64,000 nt of DNA from Leptolyngbyaceae cyanobacterium. Lineage in GTDB: Bacteria > Cyanobacteriota > Cyanobacteriia > Phormidesmidales > Phormidesmidaceae. The stretch lies in assembly GCA_965263355.1 (NCBI GenBank), contig CBDHHL010000032.1:3584001-3648000 (forward strand). The letters run 5' to 3'. The position numbers were made by a program, and so were the translations under genes. How positions within the stretch are numbered: position 1 is the first letter of the stretch; the number at the start of each line of letters is the position of its first letter. Of the stretch, positions 18,540 through 28,628 are shown one piece after another. A model generated the notes under the pieces. It was not told the DNA's origin. It was given only the letters and a program-made list of their open reading frames with translations, and searched no databases.

Positions 18540-20042
18540 TTGAATACGCGTAATCTTAATTTCCAATCCCTAAATTGGCGTGCCATTAAGCGGGAATGGT
18601 TGCTTAACCCCAAGGATGACCTACTGGCTGGTGCCTTAGTGGGTCTGGCGTTGATTCCAGAAGCCATTTCTTTTTCTATCATTGCCGGGGTGGACCCAAA
18701 AGTGGGTCTGTATGCCTCGTTTATTATTGCGGTGATTACGGCCTTCCTGGGGGGGCGACCAGCCTCGATTTCGGCGGCTACCGGAGCCATGGCTCTGTTG
18801 ATGGTGGACTTGGTGAAAGAGCATGGGTTGGAGTACCTGCTAGCGGCCACCTTTTTGACCGGTATTTTTCAGGTGATATTTGGGGTGCTTAAGCTGGGCC
18901 GTCAAATGAAATTTGTCCCCCGAGCAGTGATGATTGGCTACATCAATGCCTTGGCGGTGCTGCTCTTTTTGGCGCAGTTGCCCCAGCTGACGAATGTGCC
19001 AACTATGGTCTACGTGCTTACCCTCGCATCCCTCGGGATTATCTATATTCTGCCTCGTTTTACAAAGGTGGTGCCGTCTCCATTGGTGGCTCTGGCGGTG
19101 ATGACGATTGCTGCGATCGCACTCCGTTTAGATGTCCCCACCGTCGGCGACATGGGTGAACTCCCCACCACCCCCCCGGTTTTTGCCCTGCCTCAGGTTC
19201 CCTTCACCCTAGATACCTTAGAGATTATCTTGCCCTACTCTCTCACCTTGGCAGTGGTGGGACTGCTAGCCTCTTTCTTGACCGCCTCCTTGGTGGATGA
19301 CTTTACCGACACCCCCAGCGATAAAAACCAAGAAGCCAAAGGGCAGGGGGTGGCTAATATAGTTACCGCTTTCTTTGGGGGCATGGCCGGATGTGGCATG
19401 ATCGGCCAGTCGGTGATTAATGTACAGTCCGGCGGTCGTGGTCGCTTATCTACCCTATCGGCAGGGGTATTTTTACTAATTGCCATTTTGTTTTTGCAAG
19501 ACTGGGTGCGACAGATGCCCATGGCGGCTCTGGTGGCCGTCATGATCATGGTGTCCATTGGTACCTTTCGCTGGTCGTCGTTTACTAATATGCGCCGAGT
19601 GCCCCGCAGTGAAGTAGTGGTGATGCTGGCGACCATGTTTGTGATTATTTTTACCCGCAACTTTGCCCTGGGGGTGGCGACAGGCATTGTAATGAGTACA
19701 GTATTTTTCTCCCGCAAAGTTGCCAAGCTGGTACTTGTGGATAAGGTGCTAAGCGAAGATGGTACCCACCGCATTTACAAGGTGTCTGGGCAAATTTTCT
19801 TTTTATCGCGGGATGAATTTTCGGCATCCTTTAACTTTACTGAACTGATCGAGCAGGTAACCATTGACCTCAGTCAGGCCCAATTGTGGGATCAGGGAGC
19901 TGTGGAGGTTCTAGATAAAACCTTGCAAAAGTTTCGTCGTAAGGGGGTAGAGGTAACTGTGGTGGGTCTGAATGAAGCAACTGCCACGCTTCTAAACCGT
20001 CTGGCTACGGAAGAGCAGCTCGTCACCAGCGGTAAATCCTAG
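18540..20042 (+). CDS. SulP family inorganic anion transporter with STAS domain
   Basis: 'LALIPEAISFSIIAGVDPKVGLYAS', 'GGMAGCGMIGQS', C-terminal STAS. Confidence 0.93.
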   Translation: MNTRNLNFQSLNWRAIKREWLLNPKDDLLAGALVGLALIPEAISFSIIAGVDPKVGLYASFIIAVITAFLGGRPASISAATGAMALLMVDLVKEHGLEYLLAATFLTGIFQVIFGVLKLGRQMKFVPRAVMIGYINALAVLLFLAQLPQLTNVPTMVYVLTLASLGIIYILPRFTKVVPSPLVALAVMTIAAIALRLDVPTVGDMGELPTTPPVFALPQVPFTLDTLEIILPYSLTLAVVGLLASFLTASLVDDFTDTPSDKNQEAKGQGVANIVTAFFGGMAGCGMIGQSVINVQSGGRGRLSTLSAGVFLLIAILFLQDWVRQMPMAALVAVMIMVSIGTFRWSSFTNMRRVPRSEVVVMLATMFVIIFTRNFALGVATGIVMSTVFFSRKVAKLVLVDKVLSEDGTHRIYKVSGQIFFLSRDEFSASFNFTELIEQVTIDLSQAQLWDQGAVEVLDKTLQKFRRKGVEVTVVGLNEATATLLNRLATEEQLVTSGKS

Positions 20043-20218
20043 TACGCTATCAAGGCTCAAACTGGAAACCGTATTAGATGCTGATGATGATTGAAGGGCT
20101 AAAATTAAGTTTCTCCCCACGCTTTCGGCCCTAATGTAAGTTTCAAAGCTCTATGCTCTTGCTGCCTCCACGATCTCCTAGATTGCTTTCTTAAAGGAAA
20201 AAGGATAGAACCTAACGC

Positions 20219-21079
20219 ATGAAAACGATTCTTCTGTGCTCCGATGGCTCTGCCTTTGCAGACGGCATTTATCGATACGGTGCCTGGTTTGCCCGTAAAT
20301 TTCACACCCAGGCTAAGGTGCTATTTGTCACCGATATTCGCAGCCAAAAGGTCGTTTCTACCGGCAATTTTAGCGGCAGTATTGGCCTGGGGGCTTCGGA
20401 GCAACTGTTAGACGATTTAGTCAATCTAGAGCATGAAAGAGCCAAACTCAATAACCAGCGAGCAAGGCTCATTTTGCAAAATGCCGATGAGGTCCTGAAG
20501 GCTGAAGGGCTCAGTGAAGTGGAGTTGATTAACAAAACGGGTTTTTTAGTGGACTGCTTCCATGACTTTGAGGCTGAAGCCGATATGGTGGTGTTGGGTA
20601 AGCGGGGTGAAGCCGCAGAATTTGCCTCAGGCCACCTAGGGGCAAACATTGAACGCATTGTGCGCAGTAGCACCAAGCCCTGCCTGGTTACCCCTAAAAC
20701 CTTTAAGCCGGTTGAGCGTTTGCTGGTGGCCTACGACGGTAGCCCCACAGGCAAGCGGGTGTTGAGCTTTCTAGTGGACAGTGCTGCAGGATTTAAGGAT
20801 ATTGACATTCATCTGCTGATGGTGGCTAAGTCGGATGCCAGTCAACCTCAGGAACTAACGGAAGCAGAGCAAACCCTTCAACAGGCTGGACTTAATCCAA
20901 CTATAAACCTGCGTAGTGGCGATCCTGAGAAGATAATTGCTGACTACATCGAGCAAAATCTCATAGGTTTGTTAATGATGGGGGCCTATGGCCATAGTCG
21001 TATTCGCCACCTTGTTATTGGCAGCACTACTGTTCAGTTGTTGAGAAGTGTTCAGGTGCCGGTGTTGTTATTCCGTTAG
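20219..21079 (+). CDS. Universal stress protein (tandem USP domains)
   Basis: 'ILLCSDGS', 'LVAYDGS', 'MGAYGHSRIRHLVIGSTT'. Confidence 0.93.
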   Translation: MKTILLCSDGSAFADGIYRYGAWFARKFHTQAKVLFVTDIRSQKVVSTGNFSGSIGLGASEQLLDDLVNLEHERAKLNNQRARLILQNADEVLKAEGLSEVELINKTGFLVDCFHDFEAEADMVVLGKRGEAAEFASGHLGANIERIVRSSTKPCLVTPKTFKPVERLLVAYDGSPTGKRVLSFLVDSAAGFKDIDIHLLMVAKSDASQPQELTEAEQTLQQAGLNPTINLRSGDPEKIIADYIEQNLIGLLMMGAYGHSRIRHLVIGSTTVQLLRSVQVPVLLFR

Positions 21080-21156
21080 GTGTCGTCGGTGTCAACAATT
21101 GAATATTTCTGTATGGGAAACTGTGGGCCTGGATGCTCAACAATGCTGTTTAAAGA

Positions 21157-22116
21157 ATGCTGAGATACGTTTGCCGCCGTTTATTGATTGCCATTCCAAC
21201 ATTATTAGCTATCAGTGTGGTGATTTTTGTGTTGCTTGCGATCTCACCCACCAACCCCCTTGGGGAACTGGCAACCAACCCATCGATCACACCGGAGGTG
21301 CAAGAAAACCTGCGGCGGTCCCTGGGGCTGGATGACCCCATAATTATTCGCTATTTCAAATGGCTGTGGGCATTAATGCAGGGGAATTTTGGCTATTCTT
21401 TTGGCAGTCGGAGTCCTGTGAGTGAACTGATTTTGCAGCGGTTGCCGGCCACCCTATGGGTGATTGGTTCTGGTTATTTGCTGAGTGTGCTGTTGGCGCT
21501 GCCCCTGGGTGCGCTCTCTGCAATTAAAAAGGGCACTGTGGTGGATTGGCTGATTTCTACCCTGGCCTTTATCGGTTTTTCGTTACCAACCTTTTTTACC
21601 GGTCTATTACTGATTTTGATTTTTAGCGTTCATCTAGGCTGGTTGCCCTTTATCTACAGCAGCACCCTGGTGGTGACAGACTGGTCTAGTGTTTGGGAAT
21701 TGGTGCGACAATCGGTTTTGCCTGTGATGGTTCTGGCCCTGTTTCAAACGGCAATCTTAATGCGGTTTGTGCGCACTGCCATCGCTGAAGAATTGCCCCA
21801 GAACTATGTGCGCACTGCCCGTGCTAAGGGCTTGTCGCGATCGCGCATTCTGGGAGTACATATTTTGCGCAATGCCTCTATTCCTGTGGTGACGCTGTTA
21901 GCTCTTGATATTCCTAGCCTGTTTACCGGATCTCTGGTGCTCGAACAAGTGTTTCGTATTCCAGGGATGGGAGCGCTCCTAATCGATTCGATTAACCGCA
22001 GCGATACGCCAGTCGTGATGGCGGTTTCGTTTATCTATGCTGTTTTAGTCGTCATCTTCAATCTTGTTGCCGATGTACTATACGGCTGGTTGGACCCTAG
22101 AGTCAGATTGGGATAG
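21157..22116 (+). CDS. Peptide/nickel ABC transporter permease (DppB/OppB-like)
   Basis: 'RRLLIAIPTLL', EAA loop 'YVRTARAKGL', 'LYGWLDPRV'. Confidence 0.92.
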   Translation: MLRYVCRRLLIAIPTLLAISVVIFVLLAISPTNPLGELATNPSITPEVQENLRRSLGLDDPIIIRYFKWLWALMQGNFGYSFGSRSPVSELILQRLPATLWVIGSGYLLSVLLALPLGALSAIKKGTVVDWLISTLAFIGFSLPTFFTGLLLILIFSVHLGWLPFIYSSTLVVTDWSSVWELVRQSVLPVMVLALFQTAILMRFVRTAIAEELPQNYVRTARAKGLSRSRILGVHILRNASIPVVTLLALDIPSLFTGSLVLEQVFRIPGMGALLIDSINRSDTPVVMAVSFIYAVLVVIFNLVADVLYGWLDPRVRLG

Positions 22117-22128
22117 CCCCCCTTCCGA

Positions 22129-22935
22129 CTACCAAATACGCGGACTAAAGTCAGATGTATTACTAATTTCTACGCTGTCACCAGATTGTTGAATGACATA
22201 CAGTCCCTGATTATGGGCATAGGTATCCACATCTTTATCAATTTCAATGGCGGCGACTGCCCCATAGAGGCGATAGCTAGCGTAGTGGGGAAAGGCAGCC
22301 TTAAATTGCTCTAAACAGCTAAGTACCTGACGAACACTATCTTGGGTGAGGCGAGACTTGACTTCGATAACAACAGCCACATCGTCATTTACAACCAAAA
22401 TATCAATTTCTAAATTACGTTTTCCTCGGGCAGACCGCACCCGCTGATACACCTCCTGCACCGCCATGCCCTGTGCTTGAAACAGTCGTAACGCTGCCGG
22501 AGCTACCAAATTTTCAACAAATCGTCCCCAGCGGCTACCCAGATTATTGACGGTTTGACTTGCCTGGGCCGCTATAGCCTCTGCCTTGGCAAGACGTTTT
22601 TCTGACTCAGCCGCCCGTCGATCAAATTCGGCCCTGGACTCAGCCATACTTTGCTCAAATCTAGCCCTGGACTCAGCTATGCTTTTCTCAAGATCAGCTT
22701 TTGATTGAGCGGCCCGTTTATCGGCTTCGGCGGCTCGTTTATCGGCTTCGGCAAACCGACGGTCTGCTTCGGCCCTGGATTTGGCCATGCTTTGTTCAAA
22801 ATCTGCTTTGGATTGTGCAGCTCGTTGCTCAAATTCAGCAGCACGCCGATCCGCTTCGGCAAACCGACGGTCTGCTTCGGCTTGGGAGCGTTCAAATAGG
22901 GCGTAGATATCTGCAAGCGTAACGGACTCGGACAT
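22129..22935 (-). CDS. Coiled-coil repeat protein with C-terminal PD-(D/E)XK nuclease-like domain (DUF3782-like)
   Basis: AEADRRF/AEADKRA repeats; 'LGSRWGRFVE', 'EIDILV...IEVKSRL'. Confidence 0.8.
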   Translation of the reverse strand: MSESVTLADIYALFERSQAEADRRFAEADRRAAEFEQRAAQSKADFEQSMAKSRAEADRRFAEADKRAAEADKRAAQSKADLEKSIAESRARFEQSMAESRAEFDRRAAESEKRLAKAEAIAAQASQTVNNLGSRWGRFVENLVAPAALRLFQAQGMAVQEVYQRVRSARGKRNLEIDILVVNDDVAVVIEVKSRLTQDSVRQVLSCLEQFKAAFPHYASYRLYGAVAAIEIDKDVDTYAHNQGLYVIQQSGDSVEISNTSDFSPRIW

Positions 22936-23287
22936 TGACTAAGTCAGTTGATAGAAATGGCCACTTCTAATTTTAGCTTGAGGCATTGGATGATAAAGGG
23001 CAGTTCACATCCTAATCTAAAAAACAGCGCTTTTATAGATAAACGTTTTCAGGCTGGTGAGAAACCTGGTTGAGAATTGTAATTCTGCTTTAGCCATTTG
23101 AGTTCTTCATCAATTTCTAAATCAGTGACCCTACGTGTTAGGCACTAATATGGACGTTTGCTGTGTCAATTAATCTGGGTGACTAAAGCTGTGACATGAG
23201 CCCTTGTGCAGCTAATGGCCTTTTATAGCCAAGCCAATATCCTCTATATATGAAGCATCACCATCCCTGCTAGATTAAAGCCACCCT

Positions 23288-24133
23288 ATGTCTCAGTATC
23301 GCCAGCTATCACCGACAACTATATTTGGTATCGTTACGCTTGCCCTGATTGTTCTGGCAATTTTTATCGGTCCCTGGCTTTATCTTCAGTCGGCAGAGGC
23401 TATCGATTTTGCCCTGGCCAGCCAGCCGCCGAGTTTAGCCCATCCCTTTGGGACCAATACCTTGGGCCAAGATCAGTTGGCGCGGGTGATGTTAGGGGGG
23501 CAAGTGTCCCTGACGGTCGGTCTGACGGCGATGGCGATGGCCGTGAGTTTGGGGACCGTGATCGGCGCGATCTCAGGTTTCTATGGCGGTTTGATGGGTG
23601 TATTGCTGATGCGTTTTACCGATCTATTTTTGTCTTTACCCCAGCTGCCCCTGTCTCTGCTCGTGATTTATCTATTTGGCGATGCGGCCCGGTCAGCATT
23701 AGGGCCTCAGAATGGCATCTTTGCCCTTGTAGTGCTGGTAATTGGTGGATTTAACTGGATGTCAGTGGCACGGTTGGTGCGGGCCGGATTCTTGGCAACT
23801 CGAGATCGCACCTTTATGCAAGCTGTCCAAGCGTTGGGAGCCAAACCACGCCGGTTAATTTGGCATCATTTGCTACCCAATGTGTTAGGTCCAGTGATTG
23901 TGGCAGCCACCCTGGCGGTTGGGAATGCTGTGCTAACGGAAGCCACCCTGAGCTTTTTGGGCTTAGGCTTTCCCCCCGATGTGCCTACCTGGGGACGCAT
24001 GCTTTATACTGCTCAGGACTATTTGGATAGTGCTCCCCATATGGCCATTTTCCCAGGGGCTGCTATTTTTCTCACAGTTTTGAGTATTAATTTTATTGGG
24101 GATGGTCTCCGAGATAAACTTGATTCGAATTAA
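23288..24133 (+). CDS. Peptide/nickel ABC transporter permease (DppC/OppC-like)
   Basis: 'HPFGTNTLGQD', 'HHLLPNV', 'EATLSFLGLG', 'GDGLRDKLD'. Confidence 0.92.
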   Translation: MSQYRQLSPTTIFGIVTLALIVLAIFIGPWLYLQSAEAIDFALASQPPSLAHPFGTNTLGQDQLARVMLGGQVSLTVGLTAMAMAVSLGTVIGAISGFYGGLMGVLLMRFTDLFLSLPQLPLSLLVIYLFGDAARSALGPQNGIFALVVLVIGGFNWMSVARLVRAGFLATRDRTFMQAVQALGAKPRRLIWHHLLPNVLGPVIVAATLAVGNAVLTEATLSFLGLGFPPDVPTWGRMLYTAQDYLDSAPHMAIFPGAAIFLTVLSINFIGDGLRDKLDSN

Positions 24134-24668
24134 GTTTAAGTCATATTTTTTGTCCGGACTTTTTAGGCTAAATTCTCCTAAGTATCAACAATTTCTAAGG
24201 TAATTTACGGAGGTTCAACAAATTTTCTGACCTGTAATTCTTCGGTATTTAGCGGTATTTAGCGTTACTGCAACAATATTGGTAATAGCTATCGCAAAGC
24301 CTTACGTTAGAATGACAACAATTCTCCGGGTAACTGATAACAATCGATGTAGAACATTTATAGCAACCTTGAGTTAATAACAACTTGTTAGCTCAATTGC
24401 TGAAGGGATTTCTGCCAGATCGTCGGAGCTTTTATGTTTGGTTGATACAATAGACCTTGGCGTGAGTGCTCTAACCATTGCCGTATCATGTATTAGCATG
24501 GCCAAACCTATATTCGAGTTGAAGCTGTTTGCTTCTTCTCGGTCAAACCTAAAGCTTGGCGCATATAGTTGACTCTATCCATTGGTACGCCGATAACGCA
24601 GTCCAAGTTAGGCTGTTGTTTACGCAGCAATATCAAGGGATATGCTCAGGTTCTTTTCTACTCTAAAA

Positions 24669-24707
24669 AGCCCATATTTAGCTCTAACGGGGGCTAAATA
24701 TGGGCTA
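24669..24707 (-). terminator. Rho-independent terminator of the aminotransferase gene
   Basis: AGCCCATATTTAGC...GCTAAATATGGGCT inverted repeat with adjacent A-run, about 25 nt past the stop. Confidence 0.75.
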
Positions 24708-24732
24708 AACCGTATCAGTAGGTGTTCAGCTA

Positions 24733-25905
24733 TTAAGCTATCTGTTGTACAAAATCGTTGAGGCGCTCCATACCCTTCTCAATGGTAGCCATATCAGTGG
24801 CGTAGGAGACGCGAATACCGCTATCGGCCCCAAAGGCGATGCCTGGAACAGCGGCGACATATTTTTCATTGAGCAATCGGGTGCAAAAGTCTAGGGACTT
24901 TAAACCTGTTTTACTAATATTGACAAACAGGTAAAACGCTCCTTCTGGCGGTAAACAGCTGAGGCCAGGGATTGCATTGATTAGATTGACCATGGCTGTA
25001 CGCCGTTTGGCAAATGCTTGGCGCATGGTTTCGACACAATCTTGGGACGATTCCAGAGCTGCGATCGCACCATACTGGGCAAAGGTACACACATTAGACG
25101 TGCTCTGGCTTTGTAAGGTGTTGGCCGCCTTAATCAGTTCAACTGGTCCAGCCAAATACCCTAATCTCCAGCCAGTCATGGCGTACGCTTTAGCAAATCC
25201 ATTACTGACAATGGTCCGCTCAAACATCGCGTCACTAACCGCACCAATGCTGAGGTGTTGGGCCCCATTGTATAAAATTTTCTCGTAAATCTCGTCGGCA
25301 ACGACCCAGATATCATTGGCTACAACCACCTTGGCTAAGGCCTGAACTTCGTCTGGCGTGTAGACCATACCAGTGGGGTTAGAGGGAGAATTAAAAATGA
25401 GAAATTTGGTTTTGGGCGTAATCGCCTGTCTTAGTTGCTCAGGCGTAATCTTATAGCTACTTTCTGCGGTCGTCGGTACAATCACTGGCTTACCACCAGC
25501 GAGCTTAACCATTTCTGGGTAGCTCACCCAGTAAGGTGCTGGTATCAGCACTTCATCCCCCGGTTCAAGGGTGATCATCATTAGGGCATAGAGGGAATGC
25601 TTGCCGCCGTTAGTAACGATGATGTTCTCAGGGTTGTAGGGTAAACGATTGTCAGTGCGTAGCTTTGTTGCGATCGCGGTCCTCAATTGAGGTTCCCCTG
25701 CAGCTGGTCCATACCGGGTTTTACCATCGTCAAGAGCCTGTTTAGCCGCGGCACGAATATGGTCTGGAGTATCAAAATCAGGCTCGCCAGCACTGAAACC
25801 GCAAACATCTAGTCCTTCAGCCTTCATGGCCTTGGCCTTAGCCGAAATTGCCAAGGTCATTGAAGGTGTTACTTGCTGCACTCTAGCAGCTAATTTGATA
25901 CTCAT
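24733..25905 (-). CDS. aspC: PLP-dependent class I aminotransferase (aspartate aminotransferase)
   Basis: 'AGEPDFDTP', 'NSPSNPTG', 'DEIYE', PLP lysine in '[14 protein letters not shown]'. Confidence 0.9.
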   Translation of the reverse strand: MSIKLAARVQQVTPSMTLAISAKAKAMKAEGLDVCGFSAGEPDFDTPDHIRAAAKQALDDGKTRYGPAAGEPQLRTAIATKLRTDNRLPYNPENIIVTNGGKHSLYALMMITLEPGDEVLIPAPYWVSYPEMVKLAGGKPVIVPTTAESSYKITPEQLRQAITPKTKFLIFNSPSNPTGMVYTPDEVQALAKVVVANDIWVVADEIYEKILYNGAQHLSIGAVSDAMFERTIVSNGFAKAYAMTGWRLGYLAGPVELIKAANTLQSQSTSNVCTFAQYGAIAALESSQDCVETMRQAFAKRRTAMVNLINAIPGLSCLPPEGAFYLFVNISKTGLKSLDFCTRLLNEKYVAAVPGIAFGADSGIRVSYATDMATIEKGMERLNDFVQQIA

Positions 25906-26021
25906 TAGAACGCTGTTGGCCTCCGGCTCAAAACCCTATTCTGATTAGCTTAGATCGATTTGTGATGGAGATCGCAAATCTTTATGATTTGCTTGAATCA
26001 TGCTCTGTCGCTGTACCAGCC

Positions 26022-26119
26022 AAAAAAAACTCCCCTGTGTTATCAGAGGAGCTTGTGTTCTTGATCTGTGTGAAGGAAACGGTGTGAGGAGAGTTTGTCA
26101 TGGGCAATGCCCAGGCAAG
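26022..26119 (-). ncRNA. Candidate Yfr1-like small RNA
   Basis: TTGCCG-16-TACATT promoter, 5' hairpin, single-stranded CUCCUCACACC, 8-bp terminator plus U8. Confidence 0.55.
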
Positions 26120-26483
26120 ATCCCAATGTAAGGAGCACAGCTCGTACGGCAAATTGGCTGTAATAACTGTGATGATGCTTTTCAGGAACTCCAATGTTTG
26201 GATTACATCCAACTATCGGATTGATTTAATCATCTCCCAGATAGAGTGGCCTTGATGTGATTTCAGGGTGCAAAAATTGTGATATCCCAGTCTGTTATCG
26301 GTGATATCAGGGAGAGTTATCGGTGATACTGATTGTGTGGGTGTGTGAGCGATATCACTGAGAAATAATTCCTATTAAGAATGTTGTATCAGTGGTGCTG
26401 CGGTTGCGGATTCATCAAAATGAGGCATATCAAATCGCATTGCTATGCCATTGAGCGCTATTCAATCAGTACAGTAGTTGGCC

Positions 26484-27275
26484 CTAAACCAATAACCAAA
26501 TGGCCAATCCCCAAAACGGAATAAACCGTAATGCTCGACGTTGCTCTTCTGCAGGAATAATGGCCCCCATCAGCCAAATCTGAAACACCCAGAACAATGT
26601 GATATCAACGGTGAATGCCAGGGTGACCCGATTATAGAGAATTTGCTGACCTAGATCCCTAAAGCGACTTAACACCCCGCCCAACTCAGGCCTATTAAAG
26701 CAAAACCAGATAACTGCCAAATTCCCAACGGTCAGACCTAACGCGCCAAAGCAGCGAGCCAGTATACCTTTGCTGGCTACGCGAGGAGCATACACAGGCT
26801 GCCTCAGTCGCAGTGCCATATAAGGCATTAAAAAAACATTGGTGAGCAACATTGCCAGTCCCCAAAGCATCAGTTTGGGTAGACCCTGACTACGCTCATC
26901 GATGAGCATCAGGGGTAAAAACATAAAAATCCAGGCTTCTGCCAGATTAAAAAAGCCTTGGGCAGCGGGATTAACCATGGGGGCTTGCATGTAGCTAAAC
27001 CCCAAAACGTTTAACAAGGGCAGAATAAAAAAGAAATTGAGAGATTCATTGAGAATCTCCCGGATAGTGTCGGGTTGGATGGCCCATATGGGTTCCCCTG
27101 GTAACCAACCAAGTGGTGACAGTAGTAGTAGGCCAATATAAACGATGGTTGCTGTCCACAACAAAGCAAACAGACTGTTCTGGCCTTGTCTAGTTGCGCA
27201 TAACGAAGATTCAGACGGTGTTGGTGAAGGGGGGATAGGCGGGACTGACTTACTCATTTTTGACGTCCCCACCAA
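26484..27275 (-). CDS. Conserved hypothetical integral membrane protein
   Basis: About 6-7 TM helices; overlaps the upstream NTF2-like gene. Confidence 0.75.
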   Translation of the reverse strand: MVGTSKMSKSVPPIPPSPTPSESSLCATRQGQNSLFALLWTATIVYIGLLLLSPLGWLPGEPIWAIQPDTIREILNESLNFFFILPLLNVLGFSYMQAPMVNPAAQGFFNLAEAWIFMFLPLMLIDERSQGLPKLMLWGLAMLLTNVFLMPYMALRLRQPVYAPRVASKGILARCFGALGLTVGNLAVIWFCFNRPELGGVLSRFRDLGQQILYNRVTLAFTVDITLFWVFQIWLMGAIIPAEEQRRALRFIPFWGLAIWLLV

Positions 27276-27688
27276 TAACGTACTAAAGGTGTCACCAAAC
27301 GGATAATAGTGAATGCGGCTTTCCCAGGCTTAAGGGGCGGCTCTACACAATCACGGGCAAAACTGAGTTTGCCATTATTAGGGGAAAAACGATAAAAACT
27401 CACACCCCGCCCATTGGGAAAAGGGATGCCACTAAGTTCAATATGCCAGGTCACACCCACAGCTAAATCATCTCCGGCAATATCATCAATGACAAATTGT
27501 AGATCGTCCGGAACTGCCTGACATGACTCTGTAAATACTCCTTCTACCGCTGCTTTACCTATAAAGGTGGCAGAAAAGTTTAAGTCTTCATAACAGCATT
27601 GGTCGTCAATTAGGGTAACTGCCTCGGCAACATCCCGATGATTAATGGCTGCGTACATGGCCCGAATCCGATTGATTGCTTGACTCAT
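27254..27688 (-). CDS. NTF2/SnoaL-like (ketosteroid isomerase-like) protein
   Basis: 'YAAINHRDV...CYEDLNF...GVTWHIEL...PFPNGRGVSFY...RDCVEP'. Confidence 0.85.
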   Translation of the reverse strand: MSQAINRIRAMYAAINHRDVAEAVTLIDDQCCYEDLNFSATFIGKAAVEGVFTESCQAVPDDLQFVIDDIAGDDLAVGVTWHIELSGIPFPNGRGVSFYRFSPNNGKLSFARDCVEPPLKPGKAAFTIIRLVTPLVRYWWGRQK

Positions 27689-27976
27689 CTCGAATTGTTC
27701 ACACTAGTTTTATTCCTTTTAAAGTAGGAAAGTTTAATCTCTTCAAAAATCTTCCTGATACACTACTGTGATTGTTGTCACAACTATTAGTGATTGTTGT
27801 CAAATCGCCTATGCGTATTTGAAAAGCCCATTGTATTTAGGGTTTAGCTTCCTAGGAAGAACTTTAATCTTCTTGAAGCTATCCTGAAAACTTCTGGGTA
27901 TCCTTACTTTTTTATATAAGAAGTTAAGTGTTTTTGCCAGAATAGGTTCAATTAATAATGATGAGCATGTGACCGA

Positions 27977-28537
27977 ATGTTCCCGCCTTTTAATCAAAAC
28001 AACCGTAGACGACACGCTCGTCATAATTCTAAAGTAGCAACTGAGGTCTTAAACTCTGCTGTTCAAACGCCTGATCGGCTCATAGATGCGGGTTTGGCAC
28101 TAGCAAGACAGCAAGGATATCAAGCAGCTTTGGACTACTTTGACAGGGCGCTTGACCTCAGTCCCAATCATCCAGAAGCGCTTAAAAACCGTGCTTTGAC
28201 CTATGTTCACTTAGGGCAAACGCGAGCAGCGCTAGTTGATCTAGATCGGTTGATTGACCTAGATCCTAAAAATCTATGGGCCTATGCTAACCGGGCGATT
28301 ATCTTTCGTGATCTGGGCCATTATGGTAACGCTATCAGTGACTTTACTCATTTAGTCAAGTATGACCGAACTAAACGTTGGCAGTGGCTAATTTCTCGCG
28401 GTAGCACATTTAAACTCATGGGGCACTATGATGAAGCTCTGCAGGACTTTAACCAGTCTCTAAAAATTAAGCCTGACAATAGCTGGGCCATCGGTGCTCG
28501 TGATGAAATGATGCTTCAAGTAAGGCATTACTCCTAA
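27977..28537 (+). CDS. Tetratricopeptide repeat protein
   Basis: About four TPR units (e.g. 'ALDYFDRALDLSPNHPEALKNRA'). Confidence 0.85.
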   Translation: MFPPFNQNNRRRHARHNSKVATEVLNSAVQTPDRLIDAGLALARQQGYQAALDYFDRALDLSPNHPEALKNRALTYVHLGQTRAALVDLDRLIDLDPKNLWAYANRAIIFRDLGHYGNAISDFTHLVKYDRTKRWQWLISRGSTFKLMGHYDEALQDFNQSLKIKPDNSWAIGARDEMMLQVRHYS

Positions 28538-28628
28538 GCCACCATTGCTTACTGATTAATCCCCCTCATTCCTTAAGATTGGTGGTTGGCCAGACCTCTT
28601 TGGGGACAGATGAAAGGATTTGTTGAAA

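Noticed and set aside
18380..18540. Possible riboswitch upstream of the SulP gene
   Set aside because: I could not match any known aptamer consensus by eye; an Infernal search is needed
22600..22900. Short direct repeats as a possible CRISPR array
   Set aside because: In-frame 21/33-nt coding repeats with no unique spacers and no cas genes
24134..24668. Long intergenic region with a short CGGTATTTAG tandem repeat and tiny ORFs
   Set aside because: No convincing ORF, RNA structure or promoter-terminator pair
25982..26212. 76-aa minus-strand ORF
   Set aside because: TTG start, no recognisable domain, and it runs through a promoter and an intrinsic terminator; better explained by the sRNA candidate
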